Assembly (NCBI GenBank): GCA_963920595.1
Contig: OY986946.1
Location: forward strand, 9,548,001 to 9,612,000
Origin: Eimeria praecox
Taxonomy: Eukaryota
Length of the DNA stretch: 64,000 nucleotides
Reading direction: 5' to 3'
Part shown: piece after piece, positions 1 through 11,522 of the stretch
Position numbering within the stretch: the first letter of the stretch is position 1
How the letters are laid out: each line of letters opens with the position of its first letter
Program-made: the position numbers and the translations under genes
Notes under the pieces: model-generated
Databases searched by the model: none
What the model saw: the letters and a program-made list of their open reading frames with translations, nothing else
What the model was told of the DNA's origin: nothing

Positions 1-3000
1 CCGGAGGAGGAAGGGACACGAGGATCCGCGGCAAAAACAACAGGTTTCTTTGTCTCTCATGGGGCCGTCCAATCTCCGTGGTCGGTGGCGACGACAGCGT
101 GGAGGACAGCTTCAGCAGCCGCAGCAGCAACATCAGCGGCGGCAGCAGCAAACGTAGCAGGTGGGGCTCCGGCTGAGGCCTTTGGGGAGCCTTTGGACCA
201 TGCTGCTTCCCCCGCCACTCAGAAGCGCGAAAAGGAGACTCTTGTCTCCTTCGCAGAGGGGGGACAGGCCCGGCGACGCGTTGGAAACATACTGAGAGAG
301 GAGCGACTACAGTTTGCCGGTGAGGCTGTATAGACCTACCTTGTCTTGCTGATCAAGGTTCTGCTTCTTCTGTTCGTGCTGCTGATGCGGGGTGTGTTTT
401 TGTTGAGTTTTGTGGTGATGGTTGCACGGGCCTGTTGGCTTCGACTTCTTGGTCAGCTTCTGGCTATGCATTCCATCCTTCTAGCCTATCCACAATTTGG
501 GGGAGTATGTCTTTCAGGATGGGCGTGGGGCAGTGCTGTGTTGGCTGCTACTCAGAAGAGTACTGCTGCTCTTCGCGAGCCTTCGGTTCGTGGAGAAGGT
601 TTGGAGCATCTCTCCGGAGTTGGGAGCTGCATCTACTGCTCACGCGAGCCGTTCTGGTGCGGAGAAGAAAGACTCTCAGAGACCCGACCCGAACGAGTGC
701 GCAGCGGGGGATAGGCCAGGAGCCCCCGCAAGACGGTGCTCATGGTTCTTCTCAGGGTTCTGTTCAAGGAATTACAGACGAGCCCCCGGGCAGTATCTCT
801 GAAGGTCACTCCAGACAGAATGAACAGCGGCAGGCTTTAGTCGGGGGCATGCGCTCCCATTCGCTAGTAGGGAGCCAGCGTCCTGCAAAAACTTCCATGG
901 GGGGCCCCCTGGCATCGTTGAAGGGTTTTGCCTCGGGCAAGGAGACAGACCTTCCTGTGCCTGAGCCTCAGGACAGGTTCAGATCAGTCTCCTTGTCTCC
1001 CGTTGACGGTCCAGTGCTCTCGATGCAGGACGTAGAACACCTTGTAGAAGGATTGCCTTGGGCCTCTCAGGCTCCGGGGGACTGTGACGCTCTCGTGCTG
1101 CCGCCTTGCACGCGAATCGTGCAACTGCTGTTGCTGCACTGCAACAACAAACTGGTAACAGCCATGGGGGAAGGCCTTCTGCTACGGAAACCAGCTTACC
1201 ACTCGTTACTACGGGAAGCGGAAAGGGCTGCTGCGGACTCCTCTGACAGCAGCAGCGGCGACAGCGACTTTGACCTTGGCAGTAGGTCTTCTTCGGTCCG
1301 TTCCTCTCCTTCTCCTTTATTCTTTCTTTCTAGCCAGTTTTCCCTCGCGTTTCGCTTTATCATCCTTTGCGTTTCTCCGCTGGCTGCTCGTTCTCCCAGT
1401 TGCTTGCCAGTGAATTGCGTCTTGTCTCCACAATCATCTCCTGCTGTGTGGAGGCCCCGCACTGCCACCAGTTTGCGGCGTATCCTGCTGTACCGCTAGC
1501 TGTCCTGCTCTACCGCTAGCTCTGCGGGCCTCTAAACAATTTGCGTGCATTCTGCTTCTACACGGACTATCTTTCAAGGCATACGTTTGCCTCTTTGTGT
1601 TTGAGGCCGTTCCGCAGCCATGACGCCCTGCAACTCCTCCGACATCCCAGGTGTCGCGGCTCAGTTGACGCGGCGGCCCCCCGCAACACCAGCCGAGCGC
1701 GCGGGCCTCTGCAAAGTCTTGTCCGCTGCGGATTGGCTGCACGAGAAGTTCTTGAGAGATACTCCTGTCTCATCCTGGCCCGAAGAAGATGCTGAAGGTT
1801 CGTCCTTAAACCCTTCCCTCCTTAAGGCTCAGAAGGACTCTGGGCTGTTCAGGCGGCGCATTTTGTCGTGTTAAGCGACACAAAAGACCCTGTTTTACCG
1901 CAAACACGCACGCGATTAATAGAGATGACCCTATGATACTAGAGAGCTTTGCTTCTAAAATTTGTAGTTTCTTTGGAGAAACGATTGGAAGAAGGGACAT
2001 CACCTTTTATCTGTTCGAGTAGAAAGGAACAAAGCAGAGCGACGCAGAGGCGAAGGAGCCTGTCTGGGGTTTGCTTCATTTGAGAGGACACAGAAATGAA
2101 AGGGGAGTGAGCGAAGCGTGCACAAACCTCGTGTCATTAAACCTTGGGTGCGGGGTCCCGCTGATGTCTTTGCAGAGGCACCGCCGAAGGTTGTGGTCTT
2201 TGCGCACCATCGCCGAGTGTTGGACGCTTTGGCTGCTCGGCTCCGGGAACTGCGGATGGGGTGTATGAACTCCGCAGGGCAGACGCATGCGAGCACTCGG
2301 AGACGCCAGGGTTTCGTGCGCATCGACGGGACAGTCCCTGAGGACGAGAGGAGGAGACGCCGCCTTCTCTTTCTTAACGATCCTGCATGCACATTGGCCC
2401 TTATTTCCATTACTGCATCTTCGCATGGGGTGCGCCGGTGGGGAAGGCTGCGTTGATGTGGAAATGTTTGGTGGCTTAACGCAGTAGGCAGCTTGAAGAG
2501 GCCTCTCAAGAAGGCATCCGTTCTTTGGCCTACCTGTGTTCTGCCTAATAATTCTGCTTCTATTGATGCTGGTGCTGGTGCTGCTCAATCGCCACAAACG
2601 TTCAGAACCACCAGCTGCCAGAGCAGTAGCAAAACGGGGGGACCCGGTGGGCATAAGCTGCTGCCGTGACTCATGCGTCTTCTTTGTGCTGCAGTTGGAC
2701 TTTTCTGGTGCCTCTGTTTGTGTCTTCCTGGAGTTACTGCCACAACAGCACGAACTTCTGCAGGCAGAGTCGCGACTTCATCGACGCGGCCAACGGCGGG
2801 TGGTGACAACATATTTCTTGCTGAGTCGTTGTGGCATGTCTTCCTCAACTCCTTGCAGTGCGTCTTCACGAGAAACTGATCCCCTAACTACCTCATTCTC
2901 TTGCCCTATCTCTGGAGACCCTCTCAGTGAAACGACAGAGGCCGAAGCGGAACAGGAGGAGGAGGACAACACGTCTGCGGAGGAGAGAGAGAAGCTTTTG

Positions 3001-6000
3001 CTGAGCCCTGCTTTCTCCAGCCCCCTCAGCTGCAGCAGACGCAGCCGCCAGGCTCCCTCAGTCTTTCTTGACAAAATGCGGACGGAAGCCAGCAGCCGGG
3101 AGTTTCGCAGAGAGCTAAGAAAGTGCTGCATGCAGCTCCTCCAGGAAGCCGAGGCTGTCGAAGAAGCCGCGTGGCACAGAATCAAGCATCAGTCTGCTCT
3201 GGTGCAGCGCACCATAGACGGACCACTCGCCACGCTCTCCCAGCTTGGTGAGGCGCAGCAGCAGCAACAGGAATCGCAGCAGCAAGAACAGATGCAGCAG
3301 CAGCAGGAAGAGAGCCAGACCTTTGTGTGCAGCTCCAGTCAGGAGGAAGGCGACGACTGCTTCGCGATTGGCGGCGATCAGCAGCGGCATCAGTCGCAGC
3401 AACAGAGACAAGAAGACGAGGGTCTTTGCACAGACGGTTTCTCCACCACCGGTCAGGATATGTGCTGCTGCAGCAGCCTGCAAGGAGCTTCGCAGGGAGT
3501 AAACTCTCCAACAGCAGCTGCAGCAGGGGGCGAAGGTGAAGGTTGTCGGGAAACCGCCGTGTTACAGCCTCCCCGGCAGCAGCCGGAGCCGAGCCTGGGT
3601 CTCCCTTTGAGACCTCTACAAGAATCCTTGGCTGCACCTGCCTCAGAAAGCGTTCGGTTTCGCATATCGAGGTACACCCAGCGCGTCCATGCATTTAGAG
3701 GTGCCGCGGCCGTCCCTTTGGGCATCTCCTTCTCTCCTGCGGATCTAGGGGCGAGTACCTTGCCGCACAGCTTTGTGGAGCAGCCACAGCATCAGCAGGA
3801 AGGGAAACAAGAAGGCCCCCGGCAGCAGCTGCTGTGCGAGCTGCAGAGTCGCCAAAGGGAGTGTCCAACAGGGGAAGTGGTTCGATGTGTTCAGGAGGCA
3901 GCTCAACAGTACTTCGGCCTTTTCCGCTTGTTGTCTTCTTTTGAGCAGCGCCGAGTGAGAGAAACAGCGTGGACTGTGCAAAACCTTCACGTGTACATAC
4001 ACCGCCGCCACTGCGCACAGCAGCATGGTAGCGGGAAACTAGACTCTCTCTTAGATGCAGACCCCCCTGAAGAGGAAAGCCCAAGAAGCAGAGCTAAGCT
4101 GGAACAACAGGAGGCCGATATCCCCGCAGCACCGGTACCACGCCACACGACAGATCCCCTTCTGCTCTTACAGTCAGCAGCAGCAACGCAGCAGGAACAC
4201 CAGCATCAGCAGATGCAGCGACTTTTCCCGTGTCTTGGAGAGGAGGCTGTTGCTGGAGAACTGCATTTGGGGGATCCTCTGCTTGACACAAGCAGCAGCA
4301 GCAGCATCGACCCCAGAAAGGACAGCGGCGGCAGTAATGACCGCTCACCGGAGACAGAGGAGGATCTCACTTGTGGCAGTGTCTCTTCACGATACTTTTC
4401 AAGCCAAGCTGCATTTCCACCACCACGCATTTGTTCCAGAGAGGGGATCCCCCAGCCAATTGCTAGCACTGAACTGGGAGGTGGACGAATATCTTCTCGT
4501 GCTGAGGGAAGCAGCCGCCCACAAGTTGTGCTAGTCCCTGTTATTCTCAACACCACAAAAGCAGCTTCGGCTGCTGGTCGGGCAAGTGCAGCGTCTAGGC
4601 ATCTGCAACCTTTTTCTCTGGAGCTGCATAAGGTTTTATGCGTCTCTTGCATGCAGCCAATCTCAGCCGTCAGCACAACGCGCACCTTTCTGCGCGTCGA
4701 GGTGTCCGAGGACTCCACCACGAGCAACAGATTGGGCCCGTCGCAGCCCCAATCATGTGGTACACAGGGCCAACTGGCTAGAGCAAATGCGGTGCCAGAA
4801 GACGACGGAAACACCAGAGAGGGACCGCTCATCCCTGCCCCGACACATCGAGCAGAGTCGACGGCAGAAGGGCAGGCAGTATGTGCCGCACGCGGCGGGT
4901 TTAACAGGAGGTCCGAGGTCATCACAGCTCCCCAGAGCTTTGCGAACGATTCCACGCAGCGTTGGCTCATTCGGTGCTGTGAGCAGGACCTCACTTGCAG
5001 CGGCCGCTGCTCGGACGCCTATATGGCAAGGAGGCGTAGGCAGGCACTAAGGAGGCAGGTGCGGTTTGTCTTTTGATACAACACAGTTGCCTGCGTTGTT
5101 GATATTGTGCTGTCATTTCGGCAATTACAGTGGCCCGGATGCTATTGCTCTTCTTTCTGCATGCTGGCTAGTTGGATATAGGCTGTATGCGATCGATCAG
5201 GTGGAACGGCATGACCGAGGCGTCTGCAGTAATTGCAGGTTGGATTGTGGGGAGCTGCTTATGGCTTTAAAAATGTTGCATGCAGCAGGAGAGCCCCAGT
5301 GGCGACTTGAGGAGGAAGTCATACGCCTTGCCCCCAGCGTAAGCGTACGATTTGGGTGTTCGGTTTTCGTTTAGACTGGGTCCCAGCACTGGGTTTTTGC
5401 AGTCTTTCCACCGTGAGTGCTTTTTATTTTGCATTGTAGATTCTTATTTGTACAATTTAAACACGCTTGGCTAGTCTGTGCCACACAGGCGAGAGCCAGC
5501 ATTTACAGCTGCGAGGTATAGGCTTGGACTTGGGCTTTCGGGACCACGGCTTAGGGTTTGTGCAAAAAGGGCTCCCGACTGTTTATGCCTGCGGCTCTCC
5601 AGAAGATATGGGGCCAAACGGGAAAAATATGTGCCTCCCTGAGCAACTTCGTGAAGGTGTCTTCATGTGTATGTTCAATTGCTGTGGGGTTGCGTTGCTT
5701 GGGGCTTTCAGTTTCGCGCGTGGCCATCTCTTACCCGAAAGCTTGCACGCCACCTCACGTCAAGCTGTGCCTGGGAGGCGGACCATAGACGGCCGGTAAA
5801 GGATGGGGGAGGCTTGGCGACGGTCGATGCTGTTCAGACTCTCTGCAAGTGAGCAGATTGTTCAGATCCTTAAACTCTCAGCGCTCCAGTGTTAATCTTG
5901 CCCCAGTTAAGCCTTGACCCAAACGTACCTGTGTGCATTACACGTATAATAAGCGCAGACCCTCAAATTGCACACCTGTTTAGGATTTGAATACCGAAGC

Positions 6001-6265
6001 TGAAGTTGCTTATGCTGGCGCAGCCAGATGGGAACAGTTAACAACATGCTCCAGATGGTTTCGCAAATGGCTGATTTGTCAGTTAGCTCATTCCCTTCTG
6101 CATTTAACTTAACAAACAACACCCTGAGAAGTCTTTCTTTGCTACTGGGCAATGTTTATTTACGGCTGCAGGGCATGCCACGTTGAGAAGACTATTGAAG
6201 AAAGAAGGCGACGGCGGAAACGCCGTTTAATTGACACGAGTCCTGAAGGCGCCAAGGAGTCCTAG
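1..6265 (+). CDS. ZRANB3: ZRANB3-like (SMARCAL1/ZRANB3 SNF2 family) annealing helicase with C-terminal HNH endonuclease; 5'-truncated by the window. Proposed exons <1-319, 556-1281, 1618-1797, 2176-2429, 2695-5058, 5201-5338, 5712-5848, 6172-6265
   Basis: All proposed introns are GT..AG and phase-consistent. The spliced product carries SMARCAL1/ZRANB3 motifs in order: FAEEYC..ELHLLLTRAVLVRRRK; GLCKVLSAADWL; KVVVFAHHRRVLD (motif IV); GFVRIDG; ALISITASSHG|LDFSGASVCVFLEL (motif V); QAESRLHRRGQ (motif VI); FRISRYTQRVHAF; LCVSC..CSGRC; RQ|VERHDRGVCSNC; WEADHRRPVKDGGG..QTLCK|ACHVEKT (HNH). Stop is TAG at 6263-6265. Family call is from motif recall, not a search. Confidence 0.88.
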
Positions 6266-7493
6266 GATGCACTAGTTCAGGAGGGGCTTGATTTTCAATC
6301 CCACCGCCTCTCTCACTTTACATATCGCCCCGTTTTATTATTTTCGTCTGCCCGGGTGTGGGGCTGCTACCAGCATTTTGGGTATTAGCTTAAAGATAAG
6401 CCCAACTCGCTGGTTGCTAATAATTTTCTGGTTCACGCACGAGAAACACGTTAATAGGCGTGTATGGTTCACTTTAAACGGGTTTTGTTTCCTCAATATC
6501 TTGGGTGATCACTTTTTGTTATTAAATAAGCAGCACGGAACACAATCCTTACGACACGGTGCAAAAGTACTGTTTTTCGGTCGGCCACGTGCAGGGAACC
6601 AAAGGCCAAAGATCCGTTGGGTGGGCATGTAGAAAATAGTGTCTGGGGTGTGGGAAAGTAAACAAAACACTAGACAGCGTTGACAGAGCTAATTCTTCTG
6701 AAACTTTCAATTCTTAATGCAGTGAACGTTGTGTAATCGTTGGCGAGTGGCACGGAGAGCAGAGCTCCGATCTTCGACAAGAAGCCTTAAGGCAAATATT
6801 AGGTTCTATAGAGAGTTGAAATGCACGCAAACGGGCCAATACTTCTCAGATCAGCAGGATGTGAGTTCGTCATCATAGATACCATTAATTATCTGGGGAG
6901 GATAACCCGTATATTTTCATAGCTTCTGGCCCGGGGCATTAACAGAGTGCATTTCCTTTTAGCAGCCAAGTGCTGCCAGGATCTCGGGTTAAAAGATAGA
7001 TTTCGCTTAAGATAGCCTGAATCTTAGTGGATGCTTGCGATGCAGTTACGTAGGCACAAAGCGTCACCTCAATACTTTTTAATGCACTATGCAGCATTCA
7101 AAGGCCGCAGTGACTGCAATTTATCTCATCATGCAGTCTAACGCCCCATATCTTTTGGTGATGTAGCGATGCTGTTAAATATTGGCTTATGAGGATCAGC
7201 AGGGGACAGGCCGTGCCCGCGCTGGCGCAGCTGGGGTGCGTTACTACTGCATCGAGCAGCAAGAACCCTGAACCCCTTTGGCGCAAGTAGCTGTCAGACA
7301 GCTAGATTCGATTGATTTACCCGTTTGATTCATGTTTTGAGACAAGCATTTCGTTGTTTGACCCATCAGTCTTGATGTTCTGACGTGTTTCGCATCAGCT
7401 CGACCGGCTGGCTTTGACTCAACGCCGCTTGGGCGCTGCGCGTTTCAGCGAGGTTCCCCTTCACCTATTTTTTCCATCCTAAGAAAGACAAAA

Positions 7494-8595
7494 ATGCCAC
7501 TCAAAAAATTCGGAGAGAAGCTTAAAAGCTCCCTCCATCACCTCTCGCCAAAGAGCAAGAAGCACGATGAGGCAGTAGATGGTGACCTCTCTCCGTGCAG
7601 CCTGCCAACTGTTGCAACATCCCAGCAACAGCAGCAGCCTGTTCAACAGTCTACCCAAGGAGCCCAGCAAGTATGCAACCCTATTCCAGCGTGTGCAAAC
7701 GAAACTAACAAGTTGGCGGAAGACAAACCCGCAATGGGGAGCGTCGAACAGCCCAAGGCACAGGACGTCCCTGAATCCATGCGCATTCAAACTCCCGTGC
7801 CTCCTCCTACAGTTATTGAACCGGCTTCTTTGCCTCCAGACAACGCACAGCTCAACTCCAGCTCATGCGGGTGCGAAAATGCAACCCCGAGATGGCAAGC
7901 AAATGCAGACATCTTTCCAACTATGTACTACCTCATCAAGACACATAGCAAAGAGCCCATAAATCAGAGTGTTCTGCTCGTCAACCCTTCAAAAAGTGAC
8001 AAGGTCAGCTTATGATTCACCTATAATGACCGTACTTCGTTTAAATGTGCGTTTTCTTCCACCGTATACCCCCTTCACTCGCCCGCTTAACAGTGTCCCG
8101 GTTGCGGTTGGGCCGACGCTTTTTGTCCCGGTCGCAAAGCGTCCCAGCAGGCATTTCCCCTTAAAACTGTAGTGAGTAGTGTAGCGTGCAACTGTTCGAA
8201 ATACAATCCAACTGAGAGGTTCTGGCCACCTGTGAAACTCCTCAGACCTTTAATCTTCGCCTGTGCGGCGGCACCAACGCCACGCTCGAGAAAGAAGCTG
8301 CCACCATCGCTGGTGACTATGTGGACAGGGTGAATGTAACGATTACCCCAGTGAGTTGCATCTGAGAGCTCGTGCTTCATTACGCCTACTGTCTCCGCTA
8401 CAGAGGCTGACCATACTGTAACGCCAGTAATTAGAGGTGCAGGAATTGCAAAGGAATTGCAATTAGAACCCTCCTTTGTAACGGTCTGTCTGTCATCTGA
8501 ACTTCCAGGAAAAGGAAACGGAGGATGTTTACATCGACTTGCTCCAAGGCGGCAACCTATATGACAAGATTCGAGTGCAGACTCAGCTACTTTGA
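7494..8595 (+). CDS. Hypothetical protein, probably multi-exon. Proposed exons 7494-8003, 8094-8171, 8246-8329, 8509-8595
   Basis: ATG sits in an A-rich context (ACAAAAATG). A 170-codon first exon (MPLKKFGEKLKSSLHHLSPK..., Q/P-rich) ends at AAG|GTCAGC. Downstream phase-0 CAG/GT-bounded open segments read CPGCGWADAFCPGRK..., TFNLRLCGG..., and EKETEDVYIDLLQGGNLYDKIRVQTQLL*. Exons 2-4 are inferred by eye and no family was recognised. Confidence 0.55.
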
Positions 8596-11522
8596 AACTG
8601 CCTACCCCTCCCAATGCCACGCACACTGCTGCGTGCGCCTAAATACCTATATAATTCAACTTGACGCCGTTCGGCGCTGCACTCCCTGCACTAAGCAGAT
8701 GAGATTCTATACCCAACTTTGAAAAATATTTGTTTTGTTCAAAAGAAAAGCATTCATTATGGATTGACTGCACAGTTCCCATTGTTGCCCGTTGGTGGAC
8801 AGACCTGTTCAGTCACAGAATGGCCTCATGTAAAGTTCACCCTAGACATCTAGACATCACACACATTACCATGAACGTAGGCAATACATCACCGATTCGC
8901 ATCCCTCCGATATCCTATGGCTCGCACCGCACCTCGGCAGCGTACTGAGTCCTTGAACTCAGGAAGACAAAGTTTGCAGGATATATAATCCCCTAGGGAG
9001 TTAAAACGAAGAGCTACATGCGAACGTTACGCAACGAGCTGGCTACCGCGGCACTCACTACTGTGCCAACTTAATGGTCCATCACAAATGCAAATGTCCT
9101 GAATCTGCACCTACCCCAGGAGCCCACTCGTTGCGAACTGTCCCATAAAACCCCCACTTTGAAACAACGCACTACCCTCAACTCTGCCTCTCCCTTCTAA
9201 CGCATGCACAACGACTGCAGCCCCTCAGCCTGCCAGCCCTAAGTCCCCTAATGCGAATCATGAACAACCGTCCAAGTAGAAACGCAGAATGACCCTCCAA
9301 CATGCAGTGGACGGCCCGCTTTGGCTGCCACCGCATACGCACGACCAACCCAGATGAACAGATGCGTGGATATTGGCCAAGTTCTTCAACAGAAAGGATA
9401 CGATAAAGGCAGCCCTGGCCAACTACAGTGTAGCCAAGAGTGATTCCCTTCAGATATCTAAACAAGAGCTCATCCTCCATTCGTTGCATGATCGTGCTCC
9501 GCCAGACACTGTTGACTGCCTGCTTGCAGCCCAGTTGTGTCTGCCACTACCAACAAGCCACTACCAAAACAGATAGCAACGCAAATATGAACTGTATGGA
9601 TCACCCCACGGAGCCCCCAAGCAGCTAGCAGCTCCCCTTCAGCCACCATGATTCTGACACATATAGATAGCTTATTATACTCCAAAAACCGGCGAAAGTG
9701 CATTCACGTCATCCGCCATTTGACAGCGAATCCCCTGACAGCTCGCCGCCTGCCTCGGGAAACCGTCGCAGCCGCCACCGCGTTGTCGATTGTAGAATGT
9801 ATGGAACAGAGTCAACAGGCGACTGATCACAACGAGGTAGATAATGAAACGACACAGACTGCCGAAAGCAACAAAAACGGAGCAAACCTCCGCATAAATA
9901 GGTCTCTGTGGATACGACAGGATGCGCGAAACAAAGGCCTCACATCTTGAATTCGCCAGGTGATATGTATTGGGCGCAAGACTGAGCCTACAGAGCCTTG
10001 GACAGAAGAAGACGGGCCATTTGCCCCGTAGACACGCCGAATAGCTGCTGCTCGTGTTATGCTGCTGCTGGGCCCACTTGTGCCTATTATGAAGTATAGA
10101 TTCTTGGGCAAAAAACTGCCCAAATAGCAGCCAGCTGCTGCTTCGCCTACGACTAGCGCAGACTTGACACGCGTCTCCCCGCCCGGAGTACGGCCCCCTT
10201 CCTCTCCCCCTGGGGCTGTTTAGCTAGCCACACAGAGGAGGCCCCACTTGTGGCCCCCATGGGTCCCCATTTGACCGTCATTATCGCCTCAAGTTAGGCG
10301 AAACAACTCGGCAGCAAACACCTGGAGGTGTCGTGAGAAGGCCACTGTTGACTCCAGCTAGCCCAAAGAAAAAAATACCCGACGGCGACGAGTCAGCACC
10401 ACCGTCTGAGCAGAGCTGGCGCCCTCATGGAGGCGCCCGGCTTTGAAAAACACAGGGTCCACTGGGAGAGGGTGAGGGCGAGGTGGCGAGGCGAGGATTT
10501 CCAAAAGGTAGGAGTTTTCTGTGGCGGAGAAGATGGTACAATTGATTTATTTATTAGGCGTTTGAGTTGTGGATGTGACCCCAGAAGATGCCGTCAGGCC
10601 ACGACACACGGCTCCGCCTTTTTATTTCTGCAGCAGTGCCATATCCTGCAAGCCAGACCGGCAAGTCAGGAGAGCCACACAGGGAAGTAATTTCCCGTCT
10701 CATGCCGTCCGTCCACTACAGATGAGGCGGCGGCGTGTGGGTTCCGCAAGCGAAGAAGACAAAATGACAGGAAGGAAGGGGTGGAGAAGAGGACAGAAAG
10801 CTTGAGAAATCAGAAACACCGGAGAAACTGCTGCTACCCCAGAGAGAGCACGACGTGCATTTCCAATCACCTTGCCGGCACCAGGATGACGGGACCCGCA
10901 GACGTGAAGGGAGGGAAGGGGGGAGTGGGGGCAATGGGAGAGCCATCCGAGAAGTGGAGGGTGGCGGGGCATATGGGCGCAACTTGGCCTCCATGAGCCC
11001 AGTTGTCCAAGAGACAGTGTGTTGAGCTTCAGGGACTAGACACCGACCGCAAATACATCGGCCGCAGTAAATAAGCCCTAAACCCTTTTAACCGACTGCA
11101 CCCAATTGCATCATATAAGAGATGACGACTTGCAAGGCAGCTGCTCTCCCCCGGGAACACCTCAGCCCACCTACATACACCTAGACAACGAGGAAGCAAA
11201 TCATAGGCTGAGGAGAACAACACCGAGCAGGCAAGTCGTCTTCCAATCACAGCGCTGTGGAGTATGTGTCCAGAGGCGTCGTTACGCCGCCCCACAACTC
11301 GACACAACAGAAGACATAGAGAAAAGAAAAAGTGGGAGCGATCCACGGCGAGGAGAGTGCTACTAGCAACACTTTCTCTTATGGGCCTTGCTGGCTTCGA
11401 TGCAGATTACAACCAACCGTCTTCCAGAACAGAAGGGGAGACGCACAACCGAAGGCAACAATGAATTCACCACTAAATTGTGATGGGCACACCCCCGCCC
11501 AGGACGCGCAGAGCGTTCAAGA

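Noticed and set aside
2536..2694. Signal-peptide-like start (MFCLIILLLLMLVLVLL) of the 846-aa ORF
   Set aside because: It begins at GTG and lies in the intron 2430-2694; helicase motif V is restored only by splicing 2429 to 2695.
4206..4994. 262-aa antisense ORF and other overlapping ORFs in 1-14000
   Set aside because: These are shadow ORFs of GC/CAG-rich coding exons on the opposite strand or in another frame.
9200..9960. Short ORFs between the hypothetical gene and the cyclin as a gene or decayed element
   Set aside because: No recognisable motifs and no coherent splice model.
11075..11087. CCCTAAACCCT (also TTAGGGTTT at 5551) as telomeric arrays
   Set aside because: Only 1-2 heptamer copies each; these are dispersed telomere-like words, not telomeres.
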